From Eukaryota sp. GEM-RC1 (Eukaryota), in the NCBI GenBank assembly GCA_040285855.1, contig JAUFOQ010000001.1, positions 3,472,001-3,536,000 on the forward strand: a stretch of DNA of 64,000 bases. Reading direction: 5' to 3'. Every line of letters begins with the position of its first letter. Position 1 is the stretch's first letter. Of this stretch, positions 22,301 through 35,040 are shown in pieces. The notes beneath the pieces are model-generated. The model saw only the letters and a program-made list of their open reading frames with translations, was not told the origin of the DNA and made no database searches. Made by a program: the position numbers and the translations under genes.

Positions 22301-24229
22301 CACCAGTCTATCTTCACAAATGACATATAATTTCAAACAAATTCATCTCTAGTTATCCCAAGATTGTGTTTTCTAACATTAACTCACAATCCAAAATACT
22401 TCCTTCACTAATCAACACAAATCAAAAGTCTTATATCCACAGAATACAAGAAGCAGTAAAGTCAATAGGTTTGTGTTATTGTAAGGTTTATTTGATCCAT
22501 TTATAGAACAGAGTGAACAAAAACAAATCCAATAGTAGAGAGGAACATTGGTAAAGATATTGAAAGAGGTTGATGAAAGCTGTTTGTTTAATCTCATATT
22601 CGTCATTAACAAAAGCTGTAGTTAAATATTTTTTTTGTTATTTATTAATTAAAAGTGATGACCTTTTCTACAAGGTTCTGACAGTGGTTGAGAACCACTT
22701 TGAAGGACACCCTCCACGAGTTAAGGTGATAGAAAGAATTGGTGTTTATTGGTGTCAAATCAACTCTATGCAATAGGAATGAAAAGTTATTTACAACTTC
22801 ATATTTTTCATGCCAATAATTATACTAATTGCAGTTAACAAAGTCTTTACAAAATTCAAGTTTACTCCAAAGTTTCGAATCTGGTGAACTGCTGAAGGTA
22901 TAAGCAGCGAGTTCAGAGCACACGACCGAGTGAAACACTTACGTGTTTGTGCCATGGTGTCGAAGTTTCCCGTCAACCATAATCACTTTCCTTTCATCAT
23001 TTTGAGTTTCCCATCCCTGTTATAGTCACACCTTTATAATTTGTAGCCTTGTCTTACATGGTCATTTGCTAGTCCTAGGTCCTCTCATCCTATGTATCTG
23101 CAATACTCTGACTCTCTTAGTCCTACATCCCTTGCTCTCGGTATCCTATTGCCAACTTCCCTTCTAGATTCCTTCCATACACCCACCACTTCCTGCTAGT
23201 CATCCCACTTCTTGTTTCTTAGCATCTCCCTTACAGTTTCTTTAGCCCTGCTTCCCCTTGTGATGTTAAAGTCTTTGCCTAGGGCTCTCCAATGAGAAAA
23301 TCACTTACTAATGAGAAGACCTTCTATCCAAACTTCGCTCCTCCTTCAACAACTAATGCCTCTAGACGAAGACGTCCCTTTGGATTGAACCTCATAAGAT
23401 TCAGTTTAAGATTTCGTTTAAAAAAATTAAGTTTGCTCAATCATTAGCTTGACAGCGTTGTGTATAGTAAATGTTCTCTTTGATCTTCAGTATATTCCTG
23501 CTACAACAAATGCTGTTTCTTCCGTCAAAAGCTCTCCATCTTCTCTCTCGTGGTCGTTCTCCAACAATCATCCTTGCTCTCTTTACATGTGTTCTTGCTC
23601 TTCGTTGCTAATCACTCTGTTCTGATCTAAGTCTTCCCATTCCACGGTATCTTTCTCATATTCCCACCCTCCATGATCACTTCTAACAATATTATGGCTG
23701 AGAATCACGTGATGGTCTCTTCTGCTTCTTGTTGGACAAAATCCCTTGTTCGTTTGTCCCTCTACGTCTATCCTCCACAAAACTATCTCTCCGCTGCTCT
23801 CACCATGTTCTCTTCTAGTAAGCACGTGATCATCAAATCACGTGATCGTTTAAGAGTCGATACGGATAGTTTAGAACCTACCTGAACTAATCTTTGGATA
23901 ATAATGGTTTTTTGCAAAACATTGTTGCTCAGAGCAGGACAAGAATTGAAATTCTCAAACAATTTACATCACCACTGGAATTTATTTAATTAGTTTGTTG
24001 CATTTTCACTTTTCACTTAAAAAATGAAATGTTTCCACATGAATTGTGTTTCGGCAATAATTTTCTGTCTTTCGTTATCTTTGTTTTGTAATTTTATAAA
24101 TGTCTGTATTTTAGTGATTCTACTCAGTAGAAAAAGTAATTTTTGCTACTCAGAATCTCTTCTTGATTTCAGTGACCTATTTTTGTTTCATTTTGTTATC
24201 TCACAGAAAAGAGATAAATATTGTTTAAA

Positions 24230-27200
24230 AACCAAGACCATTAAGAGAAATGGGACAAGAAATTAATTCTGGAAGCTGCAATTGGCATTTAAGAATGGAT
24301 TTAACATAAGATTCAAATTCTACACCGAAAAAGTTTAAAGGCGATCTTTGATGGAAAATCTTTCTGCAAAAGTTTACCAGTAACATCACGATTAACGCAA
24401 TTAAATTTATGCTCATATCTACACTAATTAATTTAGAAAAGGCTTTCGATTTAAGTTTAGGGTTAATCGAAGCGGCTTTTTTTGGGTAAATCAATACAAA
24501 AACCAGAATGCAATAACAAATACTATAAACCCGAGGGCCGCAAAACGGACATCTCTTTCCATTTAGCAGATTGACGTTCACCCTTTCGAATAAGGATACA
24601 ATGCATTTCATCGAAAAGAAACTTGAGGCCATACTTCTCCAAAGCTAAAATGGTATCATCAAAAATACCACCGTATACAGAGCAAATGGTATAAGAAGTG
24701 CACAAGAAGTCTGATAGTTTAGCTTAGTTTGTGGAAGGATCTGCTGAGCCAGTAAAAAAACTTCTTTATTTTGTTTGTTCAAATAGACCAATTTCTTACA
24801 TGGACATTTTCATCTAGTAGAGTTGGATCTATAAGCTAAGGGTATACGGGATACATAAAATGAAAGGTACATCCGGAAGAAGTCAATGTAAATTTTGAAT
24901 CCAATAGATCATTACAGAAATGACAAGTGGGATGATGTGGAAACATTAAAATGCCACACAACAACAAACTCTTCAAGCAGTCCATCAAGCGACGTTATTC
25001 AGTTTAAAGATGTTTCAAGATTCTTAAAAGCAGTTATGTTTCCACCAAATTTGTAGCGTCCAGTGATCATAGTTACAACCTTCGTATTATGGTGTTGTTC
25101 TTTAAGATGTACAACCCTTATACTATCGTGATCAGTAAACAGGCAAAACTTACGGTTTGGAGTTAAGTTGAGTTGAAAACTGTTTTTTCATTGGACCTAG
25201 TTTCCGAGGGTTCTGCGATATGACCTCAAAATTGTTCTGTTCAAGATGACAATACTTGGCATCAATACGTTGATCTTGAACCACCGCAGAAAACTGAGAT
25301 TCAGCATTGATAAGAAATTGATGATACTACAAATCACAAATTTAAAATCACTTGGGAAAAAAGTAAGTTTGGCAGATTTAGCAGCAACGACAATGCCATT
25401 GTATTTCTAACATGTGTAGGGAAGAGTGAATGCTGATATTTAGTCTTGAAAACTTGACCTGTTGCAATATTTCTGTAACGAATTAATTCGATATCGAAAT
25501 TGCTGGCCACAGTGAATATCCTTTCAAAGGATGGACTTGTTGTCGCAGGAGGTGAATCTTCGATAGTAGTGACCGTGGGAGGTGTGCTACTCCGACTACC
25601 TGTCTGTGCAGAAGATACCGTGGAAGGTGAATCCTCGACGGTTATAATCACCGGAGGAGCTGTTCTCTGAACCTTCTCTGGGAGAGGGGAAGTTGCAGAG
25701 ACAGAATTCTGCAGGGCGGAACCTGACGCGGAAACTGAATCCTGAAGGATTGAACCTTCTGGAGAAGTCAAACCTTGGAGGGTGCTTTTTTGGCACAATG
25801 TTTTACTCAATGAGTAAAAGTGTTTGATAAACATCCAGGAATTCTGGGAAAATCTGGGTGTATTGATTCGATCAAAAGAACCATTAAAATAGAGATAATG
25901 ATTGAACCAAAGATTCATTTCAAACCATACTTGTGGATCACAAACACATGTGATCACATCACTTGTGATTCAAATGTGATCCATTCTGCAGTGAAGTCAT
26001 CAACACAATACATGTATGTGACAAACCTAGACCAGTTTCAATTGTTCAATAACACTCTAAAGTTTAGAGCACCACTTTAGAGTCTAATCTGGTGCTCGAA
26101 AACTACTTTTACCATTTCCCCACATTGTCATCACTTCCTTTTCTCCAATTCGATTGTAATAAGGACAATCCGCTTTACCAGCTTGTGAAAGTTCGTGAAA
26201 ACACATCAGGTAAGGAAGACTTTCAATGTCAAGGGTGCTATAAGATATCTAACAATAAAATATCATACAATAGATTTTACCACAAAACTTACTACTTCTG
26301 AAATCATAAATTTGGCTGTCCATCAATGGTGGTACTCTGTTGGTAAACAGCTTTATCCACAGTTGAGTCAATTAGCTCAAAGAATTACATGCCATACTAG
26401 TTCAGCATCTACAACAGAAAGGAATTAGTCTTCATTTGACTTCCAGGTGTCCAAAAGAAGGTTGAAATTGACCAACGATCATTTGGATGACATGACGATT
26501 ATTCATTTCAATACTCCTCTTCTAAAACAAGAACCCAAAAATTTGAATCTCGGTATTCTCAACTAAATACTTGAGACCAAATCTAGAGTGGGGGATGTTC
26601 TTTTGGATGTGGAAATGTGGGTCTTTAGTGTTGTTGGCAGAAGAAGAACACCCGGCAGATACTATGGATGTGGTAGCAAATGTTGATTTGAGAGATGTTT
26701 TTGACGACATCACAGATGACGATGAGAATGAGGATGATAAAGAGGATATTGGAGAGGCTTTTGTGATCGAAGAATCAGATATGGAGGAGCACATTGATGT
26801 AGATTGGTCTCAGGACAGTGAAATAGATCGCGGTCGCAAAAGAAAGCTGTAGGGTTATGTAATTATAAATATTTTAATACATTATTATCAACTATATTTT
26901 TCCCAATAAACAGTATATGTGATCCCAATTTGTGATTGTGATCACATGTGATTGTGTGATGTGGTTGTGATTGTGATTGTGGTTGTGATCACACTGACAA
27001 AACGAGTGTGATCAACAAGTATGTTTCAAACTGTAAACCATTGTATGACCGGATGTTGGTAATTAACTTGTTCAAAAACAAGAGACGTTCTTCAGTATTG
27101 ACCAATGTTGAGGTTAAATGAATGATGAACGGTTTTTCAGAAGAAATTGATAACTTCATTGGTGCTTCACATTGGTTGCCATTAATTAATTGAATTTAAA

Positions 27201-27516
27201 ATCATTTCTTCATAAATTCAATAAATTTTTCCGTTTCCATTGTAAATTTTCGGTTCAGATGCAGATCGATTGATTGAAAATCTGATTGTGCATTTCGATG
27301 GATACAATCATTGGCAAATGACGAAGCAGACACTCTGTAGAATTTTTCAACATCAAGGAGTGTTGTCAAATTAAAGTGTCTGATAGCATCTTGTAGCTGA
27401 ATCAAATTATAAATGTTAGTACGGTCAAGGTGACGATGGTGAAGGTAAAATGATAAAGTCTTTGCAACTTTGAGCACTTTATGGAGTTCAGAGACAGTTG
27501 TTTCACTTAAGGTCAA
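24230..27516 (-). pseudogene. Degraded long coding region of unknown type, interrupted by a hAT insertion
   Basis: Minus-strand protein-like pieces on both sides of the insertion (27202-27516, 25334-25917, 24523-24705). The frame reads ...YNGLQFE|MNLWFNHY... across the TSD. Several stops. Confidence 0.4.
25926..27023 (+). mobile_element. Non-autonomous hAT element with BED-finger-like and dimerisation-domain remnants
   Basis: 17-bp TIR catacttgt(g/t)gatcaca and 8-bp TSD TTTCAAAC. tgtgat subterminal repeats. Internal FQCQGC...H and WWYSVGKQLYPQLSQLAQRI...SASTTERN. Confidence 0.9.
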
Positions 27517-28749
27517 AACCTTATTATCTTTTACGCGGGAAATTAAAGTCTTTATTGTTCCATATCTTTAGACTTGGTGAATCGCAGAAGGTCTGTTAAT
27601 TTATTTGACTTTTGAATAAAATATAGTGATTGTTTAAGAACGTATTTTTATTAGAAATACAAAAACGAAGAATTCTTAACGAATAATTCCGTTAACACTT
27701 GTTTTTTAAGATCGTATTGTTTTTCAAATATTGATATTGAAAGTAAGTTTTATCATTGATTTTTGATTTCAAATATGTCGAACTTTTTTAACAATTCCAT
27801 TTCTATTGTTAGTAGCACTTAGTGACAATCATAGTTGGGAAGTTTTCATTAAAACATATGACGAAATCACACAAATTGCACAAAAAAAATGTTAGAACAA
27901 AAGGTATTGAGAAATGCTACAAATGCAAATACAAGGCACATTGTATCTGTGTTCCATAGGTAAGGTTCTAAATACTTTGATTGACTCAATTATGAGAGAT
28001 ACGAGAAGAGGAGGTACGCTGCCCCTGGTAGCTACCATACTAAATAATTTCACACTTTACTACAGTTGATCACTGTAAATCAGCTTCTGTTAGCAAAAAT
28101 TTAGACGAAAATTATTCGGCTCTTCAAACTGAAATGATAAAAGTAGTTAGGTATAGTGGATTAATTTCCACGATGAACTCTCCTCGACACAATCCGGTTG
28201 TTGCCCATCCATATGTTGTTTCACTCTACTGCAAATTTGGAATATTTACACAAAAAATTCCCAATTGTTTGTATCCCACTCTCAGATACTTTGTTCTCTT
28301 GGTGATTTAAAAATGACACTACTTTAAAATTGTGTGAAGATTGTTAATGCGAAAATAATGAGTTTTGATCTTAGATCCACGAGAAATCGTATTGGAGTTC
28401 TGTCTTTAATGCACTTAAACATCAGTGAATTTCAGTTCTTCTATTATTCGTTTGAACAGAAAAGTCTAATTAAGATGGAGAGAGGTCTACTTGTCTTAAC
28501 AAACAATGTGCCCAAACAGCGTGTTGTTGAACTGCATTGGTTGGAAGGCAGATCAACAGTAGGTTGTAATAGTAACGTTCAAGTGATTTATGAGTATTGA
28601 TATTGCAAATAATAATTCATTGGGGAATGCTACAGAAACAACAAAACAAACTTTTAACATCTTGGGCCCTTTATTATACAGGATCATTTGCATATCGTGG
28701 ACTCCAGGTCAACTATAGTACTTGCTTGTGAATCCATTAATAGTACCTA

Positions 28750-29050
28750 AGTGGCAACTCAATCAGTGATAAAGGACCAATGATGATAGCCGAATCATTA
28801 AAATTGAATTCTACAATTACTGTAGTTTAGCTCGCAACCGTTCCTGTGGACGATCAATGTGACCAACTTGTAGAAGCAATGTCAAAGAATTACAGTATGT
28901 ATAAGTCTCTTAACATTAATTAGTATCACGACATGCTTAAAACGAGTTTTAATTACACATATGACAACTTTTGGGAGAAAGCCATTGACATCCTCTAAAC
29001 ATATAAAAAAATGTTCAATTGTTCAACATTTATATGGTTACATCAAAGTC
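28750..29050 (+). pseudogene. 3' fragment of the LRR gene family (copy of about 41385-41690)
   Basis: ggaccaatgatgatagccgaatcattaaaattgaattctacaattactgtagttt aligns with 41405-41460. Similarity continues into the 3' flank, with stops. Confidence 0.7.
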
Positions 29051-29159
29051 GCTTTATATAACAGTATTTTTCTGAAAACTACCAAAAGAACTAAATGCTC
29101 TTACATCTATACACATAAATCACGTTAGACAAGAAGTCACTAGATTGGTTCAGCGAAGA

Positions 29160-29827
29160 CATTGCTCAAAACATTTGCTTCCACTCTAAGCATCGTCCCA
29201 AATTGCTTCGATCTCGTGTTGTTGTTCCATTAAAAGAAGCATGCGTGTATTGTTCCCAAACACAGCATGAAGTCATTAGAGTTATTCTGTATCTTCTGTT
29301 CCGTTACACTTTGCTCAACGTGTGCTATTCTAGGCGACCATGACCAATACAAAAAGAAATTGATGCCCTTTGATGAAGGTCGAGCCTCAGTTGAACAGAG
29401 TATCAACTCTATCAATCAAGAATTGTCAGTTGCTATTGAAAAAGTCACACAGTCAGCTGAAACTGCTATCCAAGCAACAAATGGCTTTGCTTACATTAAA
29501 GAAAGTTTAACCTCTCTGCTGGAAGAAACTATGTTTAACTCTCCCATTATGAATGACTTGAAATCTAGTAAACCTGCAGTGTGTCACTTCAAACCAAGGA
29601 TCAGCGAAGAATTCTTTACCACCACTTCAAACCTTCTCAACAACCAATCCTCCATCATTTCCTCCTTAAATGAAGAACTTCTTTCAGTACACTCCGATGC
29701 TTCTCGTCGTTTGACCTCTCTTTTTGTGGATTCTGAGTCTAGTGTTGCTTCTACTAGGTCTCAAGATTGCACTGTTTTACCCATCAAGTCTGTTACAAGT
29801 GTATCTCATGTCCAGCAAGTTCAATAG
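29160..29827 (+). CDS. B-box/coiled-coil (TRIM-like) protein or remnant
   Basis: (C)PKHSMKSLELFCIFCSVTLCSTCAILGDH B-box pattern followed by coiled coil. The 5' end is unclear and a hAT-type element lies just downstream. Confidence 0.6.
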
Positions 29828-29915
29828 AAGAAACTTAAGAAACAATTTGTTATTATCAAATGATCCGTTTTTCTTTGGTTCTTTAGTTTTGATTGATCCT
29901 GTAGTTATGGCTTAC

Positions 29916-30956
29916 CAGGGCTGTCTAAAAATTGAACCGTAAATTAATTTTGCGATGAGACTAAACCATAAATTAATTTCCGTAACAATTCAAAACCGTA
30001 AATTAATTTCCGTAATAAGATTTAGCCATAAATTAATTTCCGTAACAATTCAAAACCGTAAATTAATTTCCGTAATAAGATTTAGCCATAAATGAATTTC
30101 CGTAACAATTCAAAACCGTAAATTAATTTCCGTAATAAGATTTAGCCATAAATTAATTTCCGTAACAATTCAAAACCGTAAATTAATTTCCGTAATTTAT
30201 CAGAAAGCCATAAATGACGTCCTGGAGGCGCATGAATACTGTAATTTCAATAACCAAATTTTCAATACATCTTACTATCAAACAATAATTATCTAGTCTA
30301 CAGAGCTGGACAAAATTGGAACTTGTGATTTGTGTTTCCATACTTTCCTTAATACGTATGCTCAAACACTGTAACGTGTCCTTTCATCTTGCAGCTATCC
30401 GATGGTAATCACTTGAAACTTGATCTTTCTGCTTAGCACAACGGGTTTCATGTTAGAAACTTCAAACACAATGTCAAACGCATGTTTCACTCTCTCCTGA
30501 ATCTACGACTAATCGACTTCCCACTGATCTGATAGATTGACAGACTTTCAGCTTTTACGGCATTGCTTGTATTGTAAAACACATCCATTTCTGCTTCAAT
30601 TAAATATTTGAGATTGATTTTGATGTGTATTGATTTTATTGGTAATACGTTCCGTAAATTAATTTCCGTAATGTTCAAGTTCCGTAAATTAATTTCCGTA
30701 ATACTCTGAAACCGTAAATTAATTTCCGTAATGTTCAAGTTCCGTAAATTAATTTCCGTAATACTCTGAAACCGTAAATTAATTTCCGTAATGTTCAAGT
30801 TCCGTAAATTAATTTCCGTAATAATTTAAAACCGTAAATTAATTTCCGTAATGATCAAGTTCCGTAAATTAATTTCCATAAGTCTCAATTTACGGTATTT
30901 TATGGAACCAAAATTAAAAATTAATTTACGGGGAAATTAATTTTTAGACAGCCCTG
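29916..30956. mobile_element. Non-autonomous hAT-like element with long 30-bp subterminal tandem arrays
   Basis: Perfect 18-bp TIR cagggctgtctaaaaatt and 8-bp TSD TGGCTTAC. Arrays of cc(g/a)taaattaatttccgtaa plus 10 nt at about 29937-30196 and 30652-30880. Confidence 0.9.
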
Positions 30957-33364
30957 TGGCTTACTGTTGGAGCTATATAATTCAACGTACCACGAGAGGT
31001 AAAGCTGTGGTTGCTGAGCTACTCCAACATCATCTTTATACTAATCTCTAAGCATGTTATTCATCAATTCTTTGGAGTTTTAATTGAAACTAGTGTTTTT
31101 TCTTTTTTTTTAATTTTTGTTTTGGTAAAGAATCACTATTAAAAAGATAGCATTGATAGATTTGTACGATCAGAAGGTTGGAACAGAGGTTTCTACAAAT
31201 CATCCAGGTTACAACTCAATTGTTGTTTCAGGTGCTACAGCAATTGCTAAAGCTTTAAAGGTGAATTCAAATGTTGGATTGTGAAGTGGCAAAGACTGTC
31301 TCAAACCAGATCACGTGATCATTTAAATAAGAGGAACAGAACAACTGAAGAGCAAATTAGAAGAAAACTCAGAATCGCCTGGACGAAATAGGGTTGCGCG
31401 CCCATACTAGGATGATCATACGAGAAGCAAAAAGGCAGAGAACAAGCAGGAAGAAATAGCAGGAAGAAGTTGTCAAATGTTCTGCATTGTCTAGGTCATG
31501 GTGCATGTTCACACACAATTTTTACTTCCAAATTTTAACTACGTGTCAATTGTTTGTTCTTGTGCCTTACAGTAACCTTTCTCTACCTCCTAGTGCAATT
31601 AATGGCATGGAAAACTCCATCGATTTGATTTGAATTCTTTAAGGTTCTATACATATTTATAAACTTGTCCGTGTGTAATATTTCCTTTCATTTTGCGAAT
31701 TGAAAGGAAATATTGCGGTTGTTGTGATTCCCTACACAAAAATAGCCACATTGACGCTCTGACCGTTTTCGAAGAATACAAATTCAGTTGTTATACCGTC
31801 TTAGTAGTTAGAGTTTTATTCATCATCTTGAAGACAGTCACATGGATCATCCTCTTTCTTTGACTTTCCTTGACTTTTGGAAGGAACAAAATCTATAATT
31901 TGAGTAGTTTTTGATAGCGAATTGGTCTTTGAATTATTCATCAGATAAGTAAGATTGAACTAGGAGGAATGCTTACGGAAGTTCTTGGAGTCAAAATATC
32001 GATGACAACATGTTATCAGAAAATGAAATCTTCTCCTACTGTAGCCTTAGACGCTATTGGCTGTAACATTTTGCTAGTATAATCGTATCAATTCGGCTTG
32101 TAGGTCTTATTCTTTGAGTAGACGTTTGAATTTTCGTTCTTTAACTCGTTTACAACCTGTCTCGTTTGTCAAACAATATTCTGCTGTGTTCTCGTTGAAA
32201 TAAATCACAACTTAAATACCAGTTAGAGATAGTCTTTCATTTGAGATCTTTCTTACTGACTGGCTTTGTATCGTTGTTTGTATCGTATTGATTCTGTCAG
32301 AAAATGCATCATGTGGATGATGTTAGTTGTATGGGATCCAAAAAGAATGAAGTTGTTACTTAATTGTTGCATAAGTTTTAGAATTGTGCAATGAATTAAA
32401 ATCTTAATATGGAATCCGGAATTTTTTCCAAGAGTATGTAATACAAATGCTAAAACTAAAGCCAGACATCTTCATGTCTATTTGGCAAAAGACAACAGTT
32501 TTCAACATAAAAAGTCACATCAAACCTGTTTCTCTACTGAACGAGACACATAGAATAGCGTATTTGCCTATATTGAAATCATACTGTTTTTAATATAAAG
32601 ATAAACTGACGACTGACTTCTTCGTATGCAATACTGATAGTGGTTCAACAATGATAGTTGGATCATTTCTACTCTCATCATGGTTTTGAAAACTTCAATC
32701 GGATTCTAGGTGCATCAGTAACACAATCAGATCTCAGATTTTAGAAAATAGAACTGTGTTCTTGATCATTAAATGTGTGACAACTTCTGCTTTTAACGCT
32801 CATTTATCGCTTTGAATGCATAATGACGGTAGTTGAAAATTTACCAGCGGAAAGGTGTACCTTGAGAAAACTGACTACTAGTATTACATCTATTTAGTTC
32901 TTACCATTCTAACCATATAATATCTTTCCGTATTTTGCGTACTCTCACTTACGGATTCTTTCAAGTACTAAGGCAACAGATACTGGCGCAGTTGTTACAG
33001 AACTCATTAAAGTGATCAAGAATGCTTTGATGTTTCGATTTATGGGGTAGTGGTTTAATGTAACCCTAATACATATGTGTTATGGATACATTTATTTGCC
33101 TTTGATGGGAAAAGTGTTTTTCCAACTGGAACCACTTCTTGTGGTAATTCTAGTTCTTGACGTGATTGAATCTTTCATTCAGTTTCTTTCTTACAGATGA
33201 AAGCCTTTGCATGAGACTTAAAATAGTTTTTTCAATGAAAATAAATTGGAAGAAATCTAAGGGGAATTGCATTTAATTTGAAAACTCAAATATGTCGGAT
33301 GATTTTTCAGACGACACACCACTATTTTGGTACCCTAACTTAAAATAGAACAAGTAAATGGCAT

Positions 33365-33471
33365 CAGGGATCTATATATATATATATATTGCGCATCAAA
33401 AGAAGTGCAATATTTATTGCAATACAATTTATTTGATTGTGTTGCAATACAATTTATCTTTTCGATCCCTG
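33365..33471. mobile_element. 107-bp hAT-type MITE
   Basis: Ends cagggatc / gatccctg, 8-bp TSD AATGGCAT, internal (TA)n and ttgcaatacaattt repeats. Confidence 0.8.
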
Positions 33472-33879
33472 AATGGCATCCAGGTGATTTTTTCTATACA
33501 TTGTGTGAGCATCTGGAACTCAGTCCAAATATCTCTTGGCAAATACAACAAGTCGGTAAAGGGAATGAAAAATCCATGTAGAATGAAGAATCTGGTCCAC
33601 ATATACTAAACGGGATTGATAGGTTGTAACTCATTTTGCATTTTGACGATACTTAAATATAATGTTACGAGAAACGTTTTTACCTTTTTACCTTTTTATG
33701 TTTCAATGTTTCAATGTTTCAGAAACGTTTCCAACAAACTTATCAGTTTGGAAACGGCATGAGAACGGCATGGAAACGTTAAATACGTTTCGGAGACGTA
33801 AATTTCGGATCTGGTTTTAACTTGTTTTTGTACCAAAAACTGGGTCTGAAATACAATCGTTGATTCTTACTCCTTTAGG

Positions 33880-34629
33880 AGATGATGACGACTTGGTTTT
33901 AATTATTTCAAAAATTACGAATAAGGTAATTGTTCCTAGTTTAGTTGATAGTTTTGAACTTCAAAAGGAAGAGTGGAAAAATGAAGAAGATGAATGGAAT
34001 AACGAAAAGAGCAATTTCTTTTGAAAAACAAGGAACTAGAAACCAAAGTGATTACTTTGGCCAATGAATTTGAGTCACTACGTCAATTTAAACAGAATGT
34101 AGAAGAAGAAGAGAATGAAAGAAGAATTGAAGCTCTTATTGGTACTTTTGATCCTACTACTTGTGGTTCCTTCTTTACCTTGTCAAATAACAATACTGTT
34201 GTTAAAAAGAATGGTTCTTATTGTGACACTAACTGTTTTGTGGAAGTTAATATTTCAGACAATTGTTCTGTTAAATTTACAAACTTAGATGATCTTGGGA
34301 CTAAACCACCAAAATCAAGTAGATTCCAGAGTATTGATTGCGGATCTGATGATATTGGTTGGAAAACTAACGGATCACTTCAAGATTTGTGTAATGCGTT
34401 TCCTAATATATCACTTAATGGTTATGGTGAAGGATCTTTCTCCCCTTCAAATCCAAGTTTCCCTGCAATTACCAGAGGAGGATCAATTACTGTTAGTTGT
34501 TCTAATGGTAAAGCTTACTTCAAACCTTCTACTTATACAACTACTTTTAGTATTGATATTCCTAGTGATTTGGTTTTTGGAATGTTTGGCCGAGGGCCGA
34601 ATCATGAATGGAAAGTGGAACGTGTTTGA
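33880..34629 (+). CDS. Coiled coil plus beta-rich (SPRY-like) domain, probably 5'-truncated
   Basis: Acidic coiled coil, then GTFDPTTCGSFFTLSNNNTVVKK. Frameshift near 34020. Confidence 0.45.
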
Positions 34630-35040
34630 TTGCCTGGATGCTAAAGTCAGATTGTTTACCTTAGTTGAAATTAGAACTAGAAGTACATGTATTATCTAAT
34701 CCCAAGTCTTCAGAGCCGAAACAAGTCTGTTACTTGCCCTTTTGTCAACGAACTTAAAGTTATTGAGTGTTAAGATTTAGATTTGTTTTTTGTCGAGGTT
34801 CAAGGACAGGTTGTAAACGAGTTAAAGAACGAAAATTCAAATGTATACTCAAAGGATAAGACCTACAAGCCGAACTCTAGTGCTCATTTCGAATTCAGTG
34901 TTATCAAAATCACAAAGTGTGTCAATATCAGCTGCCTTTTCAGCTCTGATAGAAGTCAAAATTCATTGAATGGAATGGTGTTTGCTGACGTGCTATTTTT
35001 GACCTGCTGAAAAAATTTGAAAGAACTTTGTCTATCTACA

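Noticed and set aside
20900..23900. Possible degraded retroelement or coding sequence
   Set aside because: Patchy protein-like composition, but no motif I can support apart from the 22120-22300 tail.
30487..30798. ORF with ITEINLR repeats resembling an LRR
   Set aside because: It is a translation of the non-coding 30-bp subterminal array.
29937..30880. CRISPR-like repeat/spacer appearance
   Set aside because: The linkers are only 10 nt and recur alternately. The arrays sit inside TIRs with an 8-bp TSD, there are no cas genes, and the context is eukaryotic.
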